64,000 bases of DNA, from the IMG/VR virus record IMGVR_UViG_3300017989_000052; one strand, 5' to 3'. The notes under the pieces were generated by a model, which ran no database searches, was not told the origin of the DNA, and was given only the letters and a program-made list of their open reading frames with translations. Below, in pieces: positions 49,749 to 58,863 of this stretch. Within the stretch, counting starts at the first letter, position 1. Each line of letters starts with the position of its first letter. Origin of the DNA: a virus (Duplodnaviria > Heunggongvirae > Uroviricota > Caudoviricetes). A program made the translations under genes and the position numbers.

Positions 49749-50066
49749 TCACCCACCTCCTGGGCCTAAGCATGCTTGAAATTCTATTTCATCTGTTATT
49801 CCCCATAATTCTTTTGTAATTTGGATTGCTAAATCCTCAAGTTTCTTTCTATGCGGGGTTTCTATCTCAATTGCTTGTGGGACTAACGGCATCAAACTTG
49901 ATGGGTTAAATTGAGTATGGCCATGAACTTTTTCGTGGTGAGCCTTTGCGTGCTCAAACTCCCCTTCTTCCCCGACAGCTAAATCCTCTCCATGGATCCT
50001 GAAAATAGGATGTTTCTTAAAAGGATGCGTTGCGTCTTCATATGTTCTTTTTACGCTGGGGTGCAT
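49749..50066 (-). CDS. hypothetical His-rich protein
   Basis: ORF track. Confidence 0.35.
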   Translation of the reverse strand: MHPSVKRTYEDATHPFKKHPIFRIHGEDLAVGEEGEFEHAKAHHEKVHGHTQFNPSSLMPLVPQAIEIETPHRKKLEDLAIQITKELWGITDEIEFQACLGPGGG

Positions 50067-50382
50067 TTTTTATTCCTATACCAATAGCAAAGTTAAAGTA
50101 AGCTTATAAATTGAAAATCTATTAACGGATTATTTCAATTAGGCAATTTTAAAATTGCCCCTTATATTTGTTTTAATTTTACACTAGTTGTAGCCCTTTT
50201 TGTACCTATAACAAATAGTTTAGGGTAGCCCTGGCCCCAAACCAAATTGATTCCCAAGCTAATTAAAAACAATAGGTTGTGAAAAAATAAACTCTAACGT
50301 TAAACAAAGGGAAGTCGTTATATTTTAAATAGGAAGCCCACCAGGGGTAGCTGTTCTTTTAGGCCGAAACCGGGGATAAACC

Positions 50383-50598
50383 ATGCAAGTCACTGTTAAC
50401 GTTAACGAAGAACGTGGGGGGGTTGAACTTGTTTTCGATACGAAGCCTGGCAAAGCGGTGCGGAAAGCTCTGCTGGATGAAAACTTCCGATGGCACCCCA
50501 AGAAAAAGCTCTGGTACATCAAGCAAAGCTACCTCGAGCGAGATATCAGCGACATTGTCGAGGACCTACATCAAATCGCGGAGGACGCAACCGATTAA
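50383..50598 (+). CDS. hypothetical protein
   Basis: ORF track. Confidence 0.3.
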   Translation: MQVTVNVNEERGGVELVFDTKPGKAVRKALLDENFRWHPKKKLWYIKQSYLERDISDIVEDLHQIAEDATD

Positions 50599-50624
50599 CC
50601 AAAAAATAAGAACAAAAAGAAAAG

Positions 50625-50651
50625 GGCGCTTTCCAGCGCCCTTTTCTTTTA
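50625..50651. terminator. bidirectional rho-independent terminator
   Basis: GGGCGCTTTCCAGCGCCC followed by TTTTCTTTT, A-run upstream. Confidence 0.65.
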
Positions 50652-50668
50652 CGTAAAAATCTATAGGG

Positions 50669-50944
50669 TCATGAATTATCTTCGATGAATTCGTCTAAAG
50701 CCTCTTCAATATCCTTACCCCCATCGGAATATTCTTTGGAAGCTTTCGCAAACTCTTCTGGGTAGTTTTCAGAAAGCCATTGCATTATCTCATTTACCGG
50801 AAGTTGTGGGGGTTGGGAGTTTGGTTTTAAAAGTTCCCGGAGAAGTTTTGCAGCTTCAACCTTAATTTCTTCTCTACAACAAGTTCCTTCTGTTGCATAG
50901 CCCATTAACCTTCTTAAAATAATGGATGTCTCGTTACAATGCAT
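50669..50944 (-). CDS. hypothetical protein
   Basis: ORF track. Confidence 0.3.
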   Translation of the reverse strand: MHCNETSIILRRLMGYATEGTCCREEIKVEAAKLLRELLKPNSQPPQLPVNEIMQWLSENYPEEFAKASKEYSDGGKDIEEALDEFIEDNS

Positions 50945-51029
50945 TTTTTTAACCTTTCAATTTAATAAGATAATCTTATGCTATTTATACGAATCTCTCA
51001 TATACTGAAGGCAAAAAGAAAAGAAAAAG

Positions 51030-51542
51030 TTAATCTTTTTCTGGGACCCAATAGATAAATTCCCCATTCTCATTGCAGGTCATCTCTAAGTAGTTAAGTT
51101 GCGTCCAAACCTTAATTGCTTTATTTGTGAAAATCTTCGCCGCATAATCTGGGAGATGTAACTTTTCTTGGGCTACCCGCACCATATCGTTAAAGGTGAA
51201 GGAGTCTCTCGACACTAGGTCTTGGACAACCCCAAACTCTGGAGCTTTTTGGATCGATTCTTCTAAAACTCTTCCTCTTAGATTAAAGAAACCCCGCATA
51301 AGATTAAAGTAATATTCTCGAACATCCTCAGGAAGGTTATGTACGTTTTCAATAGACACTTCATAAATCTTAATCTCTGCTTCTTTTATACTCTGCCCAT
51401 AAAGATTCTCTGCCATCTCTAAGATTTCTGTATCTTGAGGCAGCTTAACCTTTACGAAATGGAACAAGATTTTTTTGGGAAGTCGTTTTTCGGTTTCCTC
51501 CGGGGTACTCCACTGAATATTTGATATCTTTGCTATGATCAT
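51030..51542 (-). CDS. hypothetical protein
   Basis: ORF track. Confidence 0.35.
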   Translation of the reverse strand: MIIAKISNIQWSTPEETEKRLPKKILFHFVKVKLPQDTEILEMAENLYGQSIKEAEIKIYEVSIENVHNLPEDVREYYFNLMRGFFNLRGRVLEESIQKAPEFGVVQDLVSRDSFTFNDMVRVAQEKLHLPDYAAKIFTNKAIKVWTQLNYLEMTCNENGEFIYWVPEKD

Positions 51543-51571
51543 CTATCTTTGTCCTTCGTTCCCTAGTAGGA

Positions 51572-51838
51572 TTATAAAACATAATCCGCATAGTATGCTT
51601 CAAAATCCTTTTTGATTCGGAGAAAGCAAGCCTCACAGATTACCGGATATCGTTCTCCGTCAACATTTAGGGTTTCATCGTCGCTACCAACATCAGGTTG
51701 GTCTAGTACTTCCCCCAACAGATTCTCAGGGTCCTCAATTTCAGCTAACCAAGCTCTAAAGCTTTCTATAATTTCAAGTGCGATGATTCCATTAAGTCTC
51801 TTTTCACAGCTTGGGCATTGTTTCAAAACATCAACCAT
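51572..51838 (-). CDS. hypothetical protein with zinc-ribbon (CPSCEK...CEACF)
   Basis: ORF track. Confidence 0.3.
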   Translation of the reverse strand: MVDVLKQCPSCEKRLNGIIALEIIESFRAWLAEIEDPENLLGEVLDQPDVGSDDETLNVDGERYPVICEACFLRIKKDFEAYYADYVL

Positions 51839-51902
51839 GATTACACCTCAACGTTTTTGGTTTTCCAAGTTATAATACTATATATAATTGAACTAAAAGG
51901 TA

Positions 51903-52106
51903 CTACGAATGTCCTTTGTTTTTTGACATTGATGAAAAATCTCCACACCAATCATTCTTTGATGTTTCGGGCCACCTCGCCTTTAGTGGTTGGCCGTCGC
52001 AATAATCCGGGGCGGGGGACTTAACTCTGCATAAACCAACTTCAGTTCCCGCCGGACCCTGCCTATCCCAAAACTTACAATTGTAACAAGTATCCCTTCT
52101 TCTCAT
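51903..52106 (-). CDS. hypothetical small Cys-rich protein
   Basis: ORF track. Confidence 0.25.
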   Translation of the reverse strand: MRRRDTCYNCKFWDRQGPAGTEVGLCRVKSPAPDYCDGQPLKARWPETSKNDWCGDFSSMSKNKGHS

Positions 52107-52469
52107 CCTAAAACTCCCTCTAACCTTAAAAAAGCGATTTCAAAGTTCTGTTTGATACATATTTTTAACTCTTCGATCCTATCTTTTTCCCCTAAAACGT
52201 AGATGACGTTTGTTGTCCGCCTTCTCTGGAAAAAACCGTGCTTTTTTGATTGGAGCACCCCATTTTTAAAGTTTCCGAAAAAGACTTAGAGAAAATCTGA
52301 CGTAGATTCAAAATCTAAATATGTAAACTAAACGATCTAAAAACAATCTTTTATCTTATTTATACAGATGCTTTTCGGACTATATACAAAAGTTTTAATT
52401 GTTGCCCTCGTTTACTTTTGATGGCATGCTATGATAGGTTTCGTAAGTTTGGATAAGTTTTTGATCGGT

Positions 52470-52769
52470 CTAAAAAATTTTATTCATATAGCCCTTGGCA
52501 AAATTCCGAACGGTTTTATTTTCATGGGTAAGGAGGGATTCTGCCCGTACCTCTTTATAATCATAAGCTTTAAGGGAGGAACCATTAGAGAGGGTCACAA
52601 GATTATAGAAGAATTGATAAAATTCAGAACCCCTAACTAGGATATCGAAAAAATAGGATTTTTCATTGAAAGTATAGGTTACGTAAACTCGTTCGTCCTT
52701 AACGAAAGAAAAGACAACAAGAAAAAACGAGGTCTGGTTTCCTCTGCTTTGATATAGTTGCGAGTACAT
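52470..52769 (-). CDS. hypothetical protein, LLTH-x-VR motif family (ESLLTHENKTVRNFAKGYM)
   Basis: C-terminal motif. Confidence 0.4.
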   Translation of the reverse strand: MYSQLYQSRGNQTSFFLVVFSFVKDERVYVTYTFNEKSYFFDILVRGSEFYQFFYNLVTLSNGSSLKAYDYKEVRAESLLTHENKTVRNFAKGYMNKIF

Positions 52770-52794
52770 TCTTATTTTTTGCTTTCAAGATGTA

Positions 52795-52830
52795 AAATAC
52801 ACCGGTGTAAATCTATACACCGGTGTATTT
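52795..52830. promoter_or_regulatory. operator-like double palindrome: two copies of TACACCGGTGTA (52798-52809, 52816-52827) inside a larger inverted repeat
   Basis: Read directly; located in the promoter region of the minus-strand gene 52470..52769. Confidence 0.45.
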
Positions 52831-52835
52831 TAGGG

Positions 52836-53303
52836 TCATTCCTGGTATTCCCGCACAAAATCCCGAACAGCTTTATTTTCGTGCGTTAAAAGACTTTGAA
52901 TATTTGGAGCTTCGATTTTTTCACGTTCTATAACCTTGAAAACAATCTGTTCCTTTACGAGAAACGGTTTTCCTTTATGTTCTGCAACAAATTGTAGGTG
53001 AGCCTGGGCGGAAGGGGGGTGCCCAAAAAGCTTCTCGTAAAAAGTAACGGGGGGCTTAAGAGCAAGTTTATCAAAGGTAAAGTATAGAATTTTTGTTACG
53101 TTAGCATATCTCTGTGTTACTAATTTTGTAAGCACTATATAGGCTAATTGTTCCTTTGTAACAGAGTCAGAATCCGTTTCTAAAAGATAAGATTGTTTTT
53201 CTCTCCGGGGCGAATCAAAGCCCCCTAGCTTTTCCTGGGAGTTTCCTTCCTGGTCATTTCTTGAAAAAGTTGTAACCCTAACTATAACCTGAAAGTATGT
53301 CAT
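52836..53303 (-). CDS. hypothetical protein, LLTH-x-VR motif family (QSLLTHENKAVRDFVREY)
   Basis: C-terminal motif. Confidence 0.4.
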   Translation of the reverse strand: MTYFQVIVRVTTFSRNDQEGNSQEKLGGFDSPRREKQSYLLETDSDSVTKEQLAYIVLTKLVTQRYANVTKILYFTFDKLALKPPVTFYEKLFGHPPSAQAHLQFVAEHKGKPFLVKEQIVFKVIEREKIEAPNIQSLLTHENKAVRDFVREYQE

Positions 53304-53454
53304 GCATTTTCTCCGTTATATAAGATAAGGGTTATCTAAAATCTCCCTTAACAATTATACAAACCGCAAAAAAGAAATCCAGAGACGAACGAAAACAAAA
53401 TCATATCTTAAATTATGGTTAAATCGATGTATAATCTAGAAAAGGATAAATACC

Positions 53455-53850
53455 ATGCTAAACAAAACTGAACTTGAAGATGCTTTCGCACACTCATCAA
53501 CCTTAATCTTAGAGCCCAATGCTGATAGTCTTAAAGCCGTGCAACAGCTTGCTGACGCATTAAATGTTGATTTTGATTTTGATGAGGAAACTGGAGGTTT
53601 AATAGTTGTTGAAGCTCTTGATATGATAGATTCTATAGACGAATTAGAGCTCGCAGTAAATTGTATTAACCCTTATATTTTGAAAGAGGGATACATTTCA
53701 TTAATAAACGGGGCTACCTTCGCTGCAGTTATTTATTTCATTCCGGGAGAGACCCCACAATTAATTACTCCTTGCTCTGTTAAAGCAAAGTTTGAAGCGC
53801 CCAATGGAAAACTGGAAGTAAGTCTATACGACGAACAAGATGATGTTTAA
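53455..53850 (+). CDS. hypothetical acidic protein
   Basis: ORF track. Confidence 0.3.
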   Translation: MLNKTELEDAFAHSSTLILEPNADSLKAVQQLADALNVDFDFDEETGGLIVVEALDMIDSIDELELAVNCINPYILKEGYISLINGATFAAVIYFIPGETPQLITPCSVKAKFEAPNGKLEVSLYDEQDDV

Positions 53851-54307
53851 CCTTGAAAACGTCTATATCTTCGAAGAGGTTAAGGGAAGGCTTCAAAAGA
53901 ATGTGAAGTTTTTCATGGGACTGGAGGACGAAGAACTCTACTATGATTCCTTAGTTGATTTTTCCCGGAGTTGGAATCTTGATTTTTCTTGTTTCTTAGT
54001 TAAAAATAAACAAGAATATGCCGAACTCATACAAATCTTTTCCAAGATTAAGACGTTAACAAGGGGGGAAAGTTTTATTTGTACGAGGGTTTATCCGGAA
54101 CCTTTTCCTTTATTTTTCTTTATACGTGACTTTGAAGAGGATGACGTAATAGTCCGAGAAAAGTCGGTACCTAAGATTTTAAGCGAGACCGCACTGTTAC
54201 TTAAAGCAATCCAGGATAGCGATGTGTGTATGAAAGAATACCTTACCCATGAAGATCCCTCAACCCGATCAGCAGCGAAATACCATATAGACTTACGCAA
54301 ATCCTAA
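53840..54307 (+). CDS. hypothetical protein, LLTH-x-VR motif family (KEYLTHEDPSTRSAAKYH)
   Basis: C-terminal motif. Confidence 0.4.
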   Translation: MMFNLENVYIFEEVKGRLQKNVKFFMGLEDEELYYDSLVDFSRSWNLDFSCFLVKNKQEYAELIQIFSKIKTLTRGESFICTRVYPEPFPLFFFIRDFEEDDVIVREKSVPKILSETALLLKAIQDSDVCMKEYLTHEDPSTRSAAKYHIDLRKS

Positions 54308-54315
54308 AAAAACCC

Positions 54316-54334
54316 TAATATATATAAGGTAGGC
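54316..54334 (+). promoter_or_regulatory. conserved promoter-like motif TAATATATATAAGGTAGGC
   Basis: Near-identical copies at 56156-56176 and 58960-58980, each 15-35 nt upstream of a plus-strand ATG. Confidence 0.45.
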
Positions 54335-54349
54335 GCACCAAAGGGTGGC

Positions 54350-54904
54350 TTGAAAAATGCTGTCTCTAAAAAAGGGGAAAGTATGAGTCTTGTGTCTTAC
54401 CTAGTACAACGGTGTAGCTCGTATAATCTTGATGCTCTTGCGGAGAAAAAAACCCTCTTAGCAATAGAGGAAAGCCGCACTCCTACAATTTACGAGCTAC
54501 TGGCTTTCGACTATATGGGTTCTTCCGAGTTTGAGTGGGGGGCAATTCCTAAAGCTGTCAGGACCTTAGAATCCCAAAAAGATTTCGCTATCAAACAAAT
54601 CCCGGAGTTAAAGAATTTCGCAGGAGATCCTGTTTTTGTTTACTGCTCCTCCCAACACTTTGACGAGATTATTGAATTTATCGAATCTCTCTCAAAGATG
54701 GACTACAGGCTAAAGGAACCCACCTACTTCGATCACTATTTCGCTGGCCTAAGGAAATGGCATCGAATTGACTTTTGGTTTGCGATAGACGGTGTCGGCG
54801 GGGGTTTCGTTTGGTCCTTTGACGAAAGCCTTTTACAAGAATTTGTTAAGGGCCTTCCTGCCACGATCTCTTACCTAAACGCAAAGAAAGCCGCCGGGAA
54901 ATAA
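54350..54904 (+). CDS. hypothetical protein
   Basis: ORF track. Confidence 0.35.
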   Translation: MKNAVSKKGESMSLVSYLVQRCSSYNLDALAEKKTLLAIEESRTPTIYELLAFDYMGSSEFEWGAIPKAVRTLESQKDFAIKQIPELKNFAGDPVFVYCSSQHFDEIIEFIESLSKMDYRLKEPTYFDHYFAGLRKWHRIDFWFAIDGVGGGFVWSFDESLLQEFVKGLPATISYLNAKKAAGK

Positions 54905-54908
54905 AACA

Positions 54909-55199
54909 ATGCCGATGTTCCAAAAAGACCAGTATCTAACCCTTCTCACTCCTAACGACGAGATTCTTGAACAAATCTCTTTCCAAGGTACCCTTTCAAC
55001 CCCGGACCTTCTCTCGCTAAGAGGGATGTTCAGAAGAGCCTTCCCTGAAATGCCCGAGTTCCGGCTTAAGATTCTTACGTCCGGCGAAACCCGGCGATAC
55101 CTTGATGAGGGCGAACGAAAAAAAATGCATGAAAGGCAAGAAGCGGAACGCTCCAGAATGCGGGAAGAAATTAAGAAGAGGCGTAAAGAACAAGACTAA
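54909..55199 (+). CDS. hypothetical protein
   Basis: ORF track. Confidence 0.3.
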   Translation: MPMFQKDQYLTLLTPNDEILEQISFQGTLSTPDLLSLRGMFRRAFPEMPEFRLKILTSGETRRYLDEGERKKMHERQEAERSRMREEIKKRRKEQD

Positions 55200-55232
55200 C
55201 ACCCCAATTTCTCTCCAAAATAGAAAAGAACA

Positions 55233-56126
55233 ATGGATCTAACCTCTGACATGCTGATACGTGGGCTGACCCTTGCTTCCACTATTATAGAAAATGGGGA
55301 GAAGCTTCCAAGCGAATGCCTTGAAACAGCTTTCATCTTGGAATTCACAGACGCAGAAACTGCTAAAGAATTCATTGGGAAAGACCCCACAAAAATCGAA
55401 GACTTTGTTGTCCGCCTTGTAACTCGGGCCTGTAAGACCTATAACCTTTTTGATCGGGTCCGCGCTTTTGATCCCCTAAAACTCAGCGAGGAACTTGCTC
55501 AAGACGAAGCCGATGTTAACATACTAGGATTAGGTTTCGTTATGCTCAAAAGCCGCACTATGAAACAAATTATGGATGATCGAAACGACTCGGAATTTGG
55601 GTGTTCGGTTGGGAAATATCTAGGCATTCTCGAAGACCTTAAATTCGAGCTTGTTATGGAACTCCCCATTAAAGATAAGGATAAGTTTTACGTCTTCTAC
55701 CGCCCAGATGGGCTTCTCCTTCGCTTTGATACATACCAAGGTAAAAGCGTCAACAGCGCAACGGTTTATTATAATTGGAAGCCGAATCCAGGATATTGGG
55801 ACCAAAAGCTTTACTGCCCTACTGGAAGTGGGGGCTGGGAACATCCGGACGATAAGAAACCTGAAGACCTGCGTATAGAGCGGCGAAGGGAAGAACTTAT
55901 CCGGGTTGGGTCCTTCGATGCCCGTGAAGGTATTCGCGGAACAATCCAAGAGCTTGAAAAGCATGGGAGGTTTCTTGCGAAATGGATAAAGCACCCTTCG
56001 CTGTGGCTTTGCCACTATGGGGACACGGAAAAGAAGCCACACAATTATACTTATTACGACGAAGTAAAGGAAACGCGGAAAAAGATGTTACCCCAACGCG
56101 TTCAAGAGATGATTGGGGACGATTAA
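55233..56126 (+). CDS. hypothetical protein
   Basis: 297-aa ORF. Confidence 0.35.
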   Translation: MDLTSDMLIRGLTLASTIIENGEKLPSECLETAFILEFTDAETAKEFIGKDPTKIEDFVVRLVTRACKTYNLFDRVRAFDPLKLSEELAQDEADVNILGLGFVMLKSRTMKQIMDDRNDSEFGCSVGKYLGILEDLKFELVMELPIKDKDKFYVFYRPDGLLLRFDTYQGKSVNSATVYYNWKPNPGYWDQKLYCPTGSGGWEHPDDKKPEDLRIERRREELIRVGSFDAREGIRGTIQELEKHGRFLAKWIKHPSLWLCHYGDTEKKPHNYTYYDEVKETRKKMLPQRVQEMIGDD

Positions 56127-56155
56127 AAGCCTCTATCAAAAATCAATAAGAAACT

Positions 56156-56176
56156 CCCAATATATATAAGGTAGGC
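56156..56176 (+). promoter_or_regulatory. conserved promoter-like motif CCCAATATATATAAGGTAGGC
   Basis: See 54316; lies 20 nt upstream of the 56197 ATG. Confidence 0.45.
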
Positions 56177-56196
56177 AGACACCTGGAGAAGGATCT

Positions 56197-56643
56197 ATGC
56201 TTCCCAAACACGTAGAAGACGCAATCTATCGCTGGACTGAAAATAGGGATGTTCGCTATAAGTGGGAACAATCCTACCTCCAAGCCGATCGGCTTGGGCG
56301 TGCCCGAATCACTTATATTCTTAATCGAGTTTCCCTCCCCACCTTCTTTGATTTCTACTACAAAGGGGAATTGCGGGAATTAATCCTGATTAAGGTATTT
56401 GCCGAACATGGCAATGTTTATCTTTGCGGTTTGGACGGAAATAAAAATGGGGAATGGCGTAAATTCAGGTTAGACCGGATTTCTCGGCTCCCCAAGATTT
56501 ATACGATACAAGAGTCCTGGGCGCAAGAAATTCGACGTCGAAAATTACGAAGGGATCAAGTAGACCCTTCATTCCTGCCGAGGGAAGTTGATATTAACGC
56601 GCTTCCTTTTGTTTCTGAGATAGGAGAAAGCCAATGTTCGTAA
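56197..56643 (+). CDS. hypothetical protein
   Basis: ORF track. Confidence 0.35.
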   Translation: MLPKHVEDAIYRWTENRDVRYKWEQSYLQADRLGRARITYILNRVSLPTFFDFYYKGELRELILIKVFAEHGNVYLCGLDGNKNGEWRKFRLDRISRLPKIYTIQESWAQEIRRRKLRRDQVDPSFLPREVDINALPFVSEIGESQCS

Positions 56644-57125
56644 GACCACGTGAAGAAACACTTCAAAATCTTCGGAAAATGCAACAGGCGGCTTGTGTTT
56701 ACAACAACACTCCCTGTGATTGTAAATATGGCGCATCTGGGGGGGAACAAACCGGCTGTCCGGAATTGCGTACAGCTATCCTGCTGCTGGAAAACATGAG
56801 CGACGAACAGTACGCTGAGTTGACCAGTAGCCGCCGAGAACAACCCAAACTGACATTGCCCCAACTCTATACCCTTAAATGCACCTGTTCTTGTCCGAGG
56901 GCGGTTCATGCCCATGTTGGGTGTATGGGGATGGGCTGTAATTGCCAACATGGCATTCCAGCAGTGAAAGAGCATTTGCTTCTCGGGTTCTCAGAAGAAG
57001 AGATTGAACCGTGGGACAAGAAAAAATTTGGGGACGGTTGGAAAGCTGACAACCCTGAAATGTCTGCGGAAGAATGGGCCCGGAAAGAATTCGCAGAACT
57101 CAAAAAACTATTAAAAGATGGTTAA
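56634..57125 (+). CDS. hypothetical Cys-rich protein
   Basis: Multiple CxC/CxxC clusters. Confidence 0.35.
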   Translation: MFVRPREETLQNLRKMQQAACVYNNTPCDCKYGASGGEQTGCPELRTAILLLENMSDEQYAELTSSRREQPKLTLPQLYTLKCTCSCPRAVHAHVGCMGMGCNCQHGIPAVKEHLLLGFSEEEIEPWDKKKFGDGWKADNPEMSAEEWARKEFAELKKLLKDG

Positions 57126-57480
57126 GTTTTATAAGATTGATACGAAGATGCCTACTAATATTCAATTAGGGGTATCTCTACAGTCCGGGGGAGATCGGGT
57201 TCTCGTAAAATATCTAGGGTACTATAATGCTTTCCCGGATACTTTCAACAAAAAAAATACACTCCTCGGGCCACTCGTCCCAATCCACCCATCCCTTGTT
57301 TGGGAAGGGGGTTTTGTGCTTGCAGGATGTGGGATCTTTAAAGAAGTTCCGTATCAGTTCTTCTTAACATCCCCTGATCCTCTAATTAGAAGCCTCTCAC
57401 GACGATATAGGCAGGACCCACAAAGCTTTATCTTGGAGGCGAGGGGGTTTAAAAAGTATAGGGAGGGCCAGAAACCTTAA
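57118..57480 (+). CDS. hypothetical protein
   Basis: ORF track. Confidence 0.3.
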   Translation: MVKFYKIDTKMPTNIQLGVSLQSGGDRVLVKYLGYYNAFPDTFNKKNTLLGPLVPIHPSLVWEGGFVLAGCGIFKEVPYQFFLTSPDPLIRSLSRRYRQDPQSFILEARGFKKYREGQKP

Positions 57481-57530
57481 AGGAAAGACCATAGAGGCCA
57501 GAAACATATAACTTTCACAAGGAGGAAATA

Positions 57531-57755
57531 ATGCGTATTTTTGCTAACGTTGTGCTTGGTCTAATTTCTGCCATACTAACTGCCTTAGTAGTTGGTGTTT
57601 TAGTTATGTTCCTCTGGAATGCATGCCTAGTTGGAACCGTCGCAGGAATTAAGATTATTGGTTTCTGGAAAGCATTCGGAATCAGCCTTCTGTGTAATCT
57701 ACTTTTCAAAAATAGTCTTTCAGTGCGGGCAAGTTCCAAGGAAAGGCACGGCTAA
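57531..57755 (+). CDS. small membrane protein (two TM helices)
   Basis: Hydrophobic profile. Confidence 0.3.
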   Translation: MRIFANVVLGLISAILTALVVGVLVMFLWNACLVGTVAGIKIIGFWKAFGISLLCNLLFKNSLSVRASSKERHG

Positions 57756-57931
57756 AAAGAAAATAAATTTCGAACATTTTTCCCAAGATTTCTTTTATAT
57801 ATTAGGTACCAAAGGGGGGCAGCAAACGCCCACCAGTAATACCCGGTAGCCGGGATTAAAACTGAGGCATTGCTTGTTACGGCCATGTGCCGTACGGCAC
57901 TTTCTGGAGCCCAAAAGCTCCTGCCTCAGAT

Positions 57932-58016
57932 GGGTGCGTCGCTCAGTTCGGCCGAGAGCACTGGCCTTTTAAGCCAGCGGAGTAATCCCACGTAGGTTCG
58001 AATCCTACCGCACCCA
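57932..58016 (+). tRNA. tRNA-Lys-like (anticodon UUU) with atypical 11-nt D loop and 14-nt variable region
   Basis: Acceptor GGGTGCG/CGCACCC, anticodon arm CTGGC-CTTTTAA-GCCAG (canonical Lys loop), T arm GTAGG-TTCGAAT-CCTAC, discriminator A. Confidence 0.6.
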
Positions 58017-58166
58017 TGAGCGATAGTTTAATAGGTTGTGGTTCTAGCTTAACCAAAGCATTCGGCTTAATCCCGAAAGATTTGGGTTAGAGTCCCAAGA
58101 CCACAGTCCGCAAAATACCAGGCACTCGCCAGCCTGGAGATGCAGGTTCAAATCCTGCTCGCTCAA
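58017..58166 (+). ncRNA. 150-nt composite tRNA-like RNA: 7-bp acceptor TGAGCGA (58017-58023) / TCGCTCA (58159-58165) and T arm GCAGG-TTCAAAT-CCTGC, enclosing an embedded tRNA-like unit (58037-58106)
   Basis: Hand-folded. The embedded unit has acceptor TGTGGTT/GACCACA, anticodon arm TTCGG-CTTAATC-CCGAA and T arm TTGGG-TTAGAGT-CCCAA. The outer unit has a 6-bp hairpin CCAGGC-ACTCGCCA-GCCTGG in the anticodon-arm position. Confidence 0.35.
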
Positions 58167-58172
58167 GTGGTT

Positions 58173-58255
58173 GGGGGAGTGGTGGAATGGCAGACACTGG
58201 GGCCTTAAAAGCCCTTGACCGTACGGTCGTGTGGGTTCGAATCCCACCTCCCCTA
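58173..58255 (+). tRNA. tRNA-Leu (anticodon UAA), type II, second copy
   Basis: Acceptor GGGGGAG/CTCCCCT, anticodon arm GGGGC-CTTAAAA-GCCCT, 15-nt variable arm with GACCG/CGGTC stem, T arm GTGGG-TTCGAAT-CCCAC. Confidence 0.65.
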
Positions 58256-58632
58256 CTTCTTTGAGAGGTTACGGGACCAGGCTAAGAACCCGTTAACCGG
58301 CCGTAGTATTTTCGTCTGGGAGAATGCTACTGGGTCTGGCCCAGCCGAGAATGGGCTATCAAAATTTGATCTGCTGCGGTGGTCCCTACCACTGTCGGTT
58401 TGGGTGGTCACTACCACTTGGTTGCTACCTCTAGGTTGGAAAGGGTAGAGCAGTTCAATGAAACGCGGTGGCCTGCTTACGGAGTGCCAAACGTCGATGG
58501 CAATGACGTAAAAAACACCATTATAGCGAGACTGGGCCTAAGCTGGATAATGAGGTCGCTATAACGTGGGTACTACGTGAGTGTACCTAGGACCAATGGT
58601 TCCCGACATTGGACACCGAAACAAGCGGGAAA
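58256..58632 (+). ncRNA. 375-nt non-coding, hairpin-rich segment inside the tRNA cluster (candidate structured RNA of unknown class)
   Basis: No ORF longer than 77 aa (those present overlap tRNA antisense); many local stems, for example CTGGGTCTGGCCCAG, GGTGGTCACTACCAC, CTACCTCTAGGTTGGAAAGGGTAG. Confidence 0.3.
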
Positions 58633-58705
58633 GGGCCGGTAGCTCAATGGTTAGAGCAGTTGACTCATAATCAATTGGCTGGGGGTTCGAATCCCTCTCG
58701 GCCCA
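58633..58705 (+). tRNA. tRNA-Met/Ile2 (anticodon CAU), elongator type
   Basis: Acceptor GGGCCGG/TCGGCCC with G1-C72, D arm GCTC-AATGGTTA-GAGC, anticodon arm GTTGA-CTCATAA-TCAAT, T arm GGGGG-TTCGAAT-CCCTC. Confidence 0.75.
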
Positions 58706-58707
58706 TC

Positions 58708-58855
58708 GCGCCTGTGGACTGCTGGAAGTCCTTGCCGCTGTCTCGCGCAAAGGCAGCGGACAAACTAGAAATCAATGGATTATCGCGCTTTCCTTAGGTT
58801 TCTGGGGGAAACTTACAATAGTAGGTTGGCGCAGGTTCAATTCCTGCCTGGCGCG
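58708..58855 (+). ncRNA. 148-nt tRNA-like RNA (acceptor GCGCCTG/CTGGCGC, D arm GGAC-TGCTGGAA-GTCC, T arm GCAGG-TTCAATT-CCTGC) with a ~95-nt internal insertion containing 2 hairpins
   Basis: Hand-folded; starts 3 nt after tRNA-Met and is followed by a terminator. Confidence 0.35.
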
Positions 58856-58863
58856 CTTGAAAA

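Noticed and set aside
49749-49751. TGA read as Trp (code 4) to explain the in-frame TGA
   Set aside because: TGA clearly terminates other genes here (for example 28820..29239 ends GAC GAC TGA with the next gene starting nearby), so a global reassignment is not supported. Local readthrough remains possible.
52431-52640. Plus-strand 69-aa ORF
   Set aside because: Fully overlaps the LLTH-family gene 52470..52769 on the minus strand, which has the conserved C-terminal motif.
58379-58564. Possible tmRNA tag-peptide reading frame in the 375-nt non-coding segment
   Set aside because: The peptide ends …WIMRSL rather than an ANDENYALAA-like degron, there is no GGGG…/…CCACCA acceptor pairing with G·U at 3:70, and no tRNA-Ala-like T arm immediately downstream.
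58256-58632. RNase P RNA hypothesis for the 375-nt structured segment (length fits type A P RNA)
   Set aside because: I could not find the universally conserved P4 and CR-I/CR-V sequences (GGAAAGUCCGGGC, ACAGNRA…AGGGNAAC) by eye. Left as an unclassified structured region.
58044-58797. ORFs 58044..58247(-), 58215..58448(+), 58379..58564(+), 58559..58750(-), 58609..58797(+)
   Set aside because: All lie in the tRNA cluster and read through or against tRNA sequence (MGFEPTRP, EQDLNLH and DSNPQP are antisense T arms). None has a ribosome-binding site or a coding-like composition.
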